DNA from: Selaginella moellendorffii
Taxonomy: Eukaryota; Plantae; Lycopodiophyta
DNA: 64,000 nucleotides
Direction: 5' to 3'
Assembly (NCBI RefSeq): GCF_000143415.4
Contig: NW_003314312.1
Coordinates: forward strand, 983,510 to 1,047,509
A program made the translations under genes and the position numbers. How positions within the stretch are numbered: the first letter of the stretch is position 1; every line of letters begins with the position of its first letter. The notes beneath the pieces are model-generated. The model was not told the origin of the DNA, did no database searches, and saw nothing but the letters and a program-made list of their open reading frames with translations. Positions 60,525 to 64,000 of this stretch are shown here, piece after piece.

Positions 60525-62216
60525 ATGGGATTGTTCCAGCAGCTGGTTTTTCTGCTGTTGATCTTGTTGGCGCTGCGTTTGTGCCATGCAACGCGGGAGT
60601 TCTCAGGTCTCAGTGACGCGCAGCGGGAGCTTATGGAGCGTGACATTGTCATCAACTTGGAGAAGGCCCAGCAAAACTTGCAGAAGGCCGCGCCGGCGGT
60701 CTTCTCGGATGAGGATTGCAAGGCGCAGATGAGCAACGTGCTGGGGATTCTGGCCAGAGTCGAGACATTCCTCCTCCAGGATGATTATGCCGGGGCAATC
60801 CAGCAGCTCTCGATCGCAAAGAAAATCCTTGGAGAGTGCAACACCGCGCTGGAAGCTAGTCACGTAAGAACTTTGCTTTGTACCTTTTTTACCAAGTCCG
60901 TTCGCTGTCAGGCACATTTGAGTCAAGCGCTCTTGTATCTCACGGGACAAGCGTTGACTCATGTGGATGCTGCCACAAATCTTCTCAATTCATTGGTAGA
61001 CAAAGACAAGCTCAAAGGCATCTATAATCCTCCTGTTGGAGTCAACGATGGTATTATATTGTTCTATTTGTTTGGAGCGATGAACTAATCAATTGATCTT
61101 TTTCGTAGTTGGATCCACCGAAGCTCCATGCGAAGTTGACGGAACCGTTTGCCAGTTTTCTCCCTGCGGGCAAGGTAAAAACCTTCCAGTTTGTGCTCTT
61201 GGATTTGCAGCTGGAGTTGTGGGAGGAGCAAATGGCCTGGCCTACGTTGTCACGAATCCACAAGACGATGATCCCAAAATACCGGTGCCAGGAACTCTGA
61301 GATATGGGGTCTCTCTCGGGAACTCCGATGGAAATGGCGTGTGGATAACTTTTGCCGGGAACATGACCATCTTCCTCCAGGAGATGCTCTGGATTCGAAG
61401 CATGACAACCATCGACGGGCGGGGCTTCAACGTAACAATCACCGGAAGAAACTTGGTGCTCGGTGGCGTGAGCAATGTCATCTTACACAACCTCCAGATT
61501 AGCTCGGTGGGCGAGAGTGATACGATCCACATCTACGCCGGCTCCAAGAAGATCTGGGTCGACCATGTATCCTCCTGGGACGCCAGGCTCGGCCTCGTCT
61601 CGGTGCTCCAAGGATCCACAGACGTGACAATCTCCAACTCGCTTCTCACAAATCCAAACTTTAACATGCTCCTCGGGGCATCTGATGCTGATACTGAGGA
61701 CAAGATCATGAAAGTCACGGTCTACAGAAATTGGTTCAAAGATTCAACGCAAAGAATGCCACACTGCAGGTATGTTCACGACACATTTTCCTCAACTTAC
61801 ATACGTAATTCACTGCTAGATGGGGTTACTGTCACGTCGTCAACAATCTATACACCAACTGGGGCTACTACGCGATAGGTGGAAGAGTGAACGCCAAGAT
61901 CTTAAGCGACAACAATGTATTTGTAGCTGGCCGGAGGAGCGAAGTCACGCCATGGTTCAGTCTGCATGGTCCCGAGTTCGACACCACCGCAACCATCACG
62001 TCCTCCAACGATCTCTTCCTCAATGGGTCCACCTTTCACCAGTTCATGGGTGTTGAGCCAATGTCTCTGACCGAAGTCCCTCCCGCGTATCCGACCCCGG
62101 ACCACAATCCTCCGATTCACTCCACGAGCACACTGCCGCAATTCTTGGAGCAATGCGCAGGAGCAATTTTTGGCGATAGTCTCGCGAGATGTATGTTTGC
62201 TTCCTCCAAAGTTTAA
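60525..62216 (+). CDS. Secreted PL1 pectate-lyase-like protein with an N-terminal PMEI-like helical domain; exons 60525-60863, 60912-61050, 61109-61769, 61820-62216
   Basis: Signal peptide; GFAAGVVGG, PGTLRYGV, TIDGRG, IWVDH, VTISN, RMPHCRWG, HVVNN, YAIGG. Introns GT-AG and in phase. Confidence 0.9.
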
Positions 62217-63531
62217 AGCCTTCAGTTTCCCTGTCGATGAAGTGTTTGTGCTGTCAACTTTGGCTATGGATCTGATATATGGTTGAGAACCGAGTTATCT
62301 TCGTGCTGCTGAAGAAACTCTTCTTCTTATTTAGTGCATACACATTGACTGATTTCTCCATCATCAAGCAGTTGTGCTTTGAACTATTTCCTGTGTAATT
62401 AGAGTGGAACAGGAAAGATGCTAAACATGAGCATATCCCTCCCAAGAACTGGAAAGATTCGCAGCAAGGAGTACTCTCCCTTCTGATGCAAAAAGAGAAA
62501 AGACCCGATTTTTAGGGTTCTTAAGAAAATAACAATAATTTAATTTCTTCCTTAGAATATTCGATTGTTCCCCAGTTCGTGATTTGGTCATTTTATTATT
62601 ATTACATACATTAAAACCCAACTGAGAAGTATAGGATTTTGAAATGGAAATTGGTCCAGCCGTCATTCACCCATCTATCTATGTTATAGCAAGAGACAAA
62701 GTGTCTAGATAGAAAATTCCATTAACTAATATGTTCTCCCAAAGCAGAGGTGGTTATTTATGAGCAGTCATTGCTACAGATAAACCATGAGGGATTACTT
62801 GTTTAATCACTCCTTGGGACTTTTCCGCAATAGCAAATGCATTAGTAAATTGTGGTGACTATATCTTGTCTTGTGAATCCTTATCATGACGACAGCATTA
62901 AAATGTTGGCTGCAACTCAGAAGAATGGTTTTGCTCAAGGCTCAACTCTTGTGGTAAACCTCCCAGGCCTGGGATCTTGTATTAACGAAAACACTACTAA
63001 CCATATTGATTGTTATGGAGGGTTTAGGAATTAAAATACTACCGTGAAATATGTATTAGTACTGCTAGATTGTTGTGTGAATAATGTTGATGGAAAACTT
63101 GAAATATACAATTTTCTAGAGATATAAGAAAAAACATTAGCTGGAAAATCCAGAATATGATTATAGATTTATTTTTAATTTATATTATTAGTGATATTTT
63201 ATTTTAAATAATAATATATAGATAATAAATTTTCTATGCATTGCATGTAACAATGCTTGGTTTGCTTAATAATAGTGTTATTCCTACTTATTAATCCAAT
63301 TGATCAAATAAAAGTTTATAATTATAAGCATGTTTGTAATTTATAAATACAAGATTAATCTGATGGTAGAATAAAATAGAATATACTAGAAAATGTTTAA
63401 GAAAGTTTATAAATTATAAATATAAGATTAATCTAAATGAATAAGAACTGTTAGATGATAGAATATTCTAGAATATCCAAGCATATTCTAGATATATTCA
63501 GTATCATCTTAAGCAAACCAAAAACTGCATT

Positions 63532-64000
63532 TGTGAGGTCCAATTGTATGGTCTGTATACTAATATTAACAGCTGTATATTAATATTAATATAATGGAAT
63601 TTTAATACCTGTCACATTGGTTTCAATCTAGACCACTCACTCATGTATATAAGTTAAAGTTTTTGGGCTGATTGATATACATATTTTTTAATTCCATTTC
63701 TATATTCTATACATTCACATTAGTGGAAATGAAGGGTAATTTTAATTGTCCTTGAGGGGTGTTTGGATTTAGGATTTTGGTGCTTTTCATTATCTATATT
63801 TCACTTTCTTTATAAGTTTTTTATTTTCTTCTCTTTTATTTTTTCCTTTCTGTTCATCTTCATAGCAAAGCAATAGCTTCTTCCTTATTTGACTATGAAG
63901 TATTAGTTAGGGCAATTGTTCAATGTTATGTGGTTGCAGTTAAACAATTAAACTCAGTTGATGGTAATATTCATGGCATGTGATACATCTCCTCTTACTC
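63532..64000 (+). mobile_element. 5' end of another short-LTR gypsy copy (LTR 63532-63719, PBS, start of gag)
   Basis: TGTGAGG...TTCACA followed by TTAGTGGAAATGAAGGG. Homologous to 46279-46750. Confidence 0.85.

Overview
Plant nuclear DNA that looks like a lycophyte (probably Selaginella): GC-rich genes with ~50-60 nt introns, PLS- and SS-type PPR genes, and AT-decayed Ty3/gypsy elements. Four 100-N scaffold gaps are present. From left to right: (1) an F-box gene head-to-head with an intact PLS-E PPR gene, a spliced 58-aa BRAWNIN/UQCC6-like microprotein gene and a PPR pseudogene; (2) gypsy debris; (3) a ~9.4-9.8 kb tandem duplication (SS-PPR relic, orphan ORF, PLS PPR, gypsy), where one copy carries a fresh 394-bp TRIM; (4) a second gypsy family with an extra ORF before gag; (5) two Fic/Fido (AMPylase-family) genes between long, decayed inverted repeats that carry a C4HC3 zinc-finger pseudogene; (6) a rearranged gypsy with an interstitial telomere patch; (7) a gene-dense block with a cold-shock domain protein, a multi-TM hybrid histidine kinase, SAR1, GASA and a PMEI-like::pectate lyase fusion. 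The best candidate for an undescribed system is the Fic pair. Both keep the catalytic HPFxDGNGRxxR motif, but only one keeps the autoinhibitory (S/T)xxxE(G/N) motif; in the other, an intron with two alternative donors falls exactly at that position.
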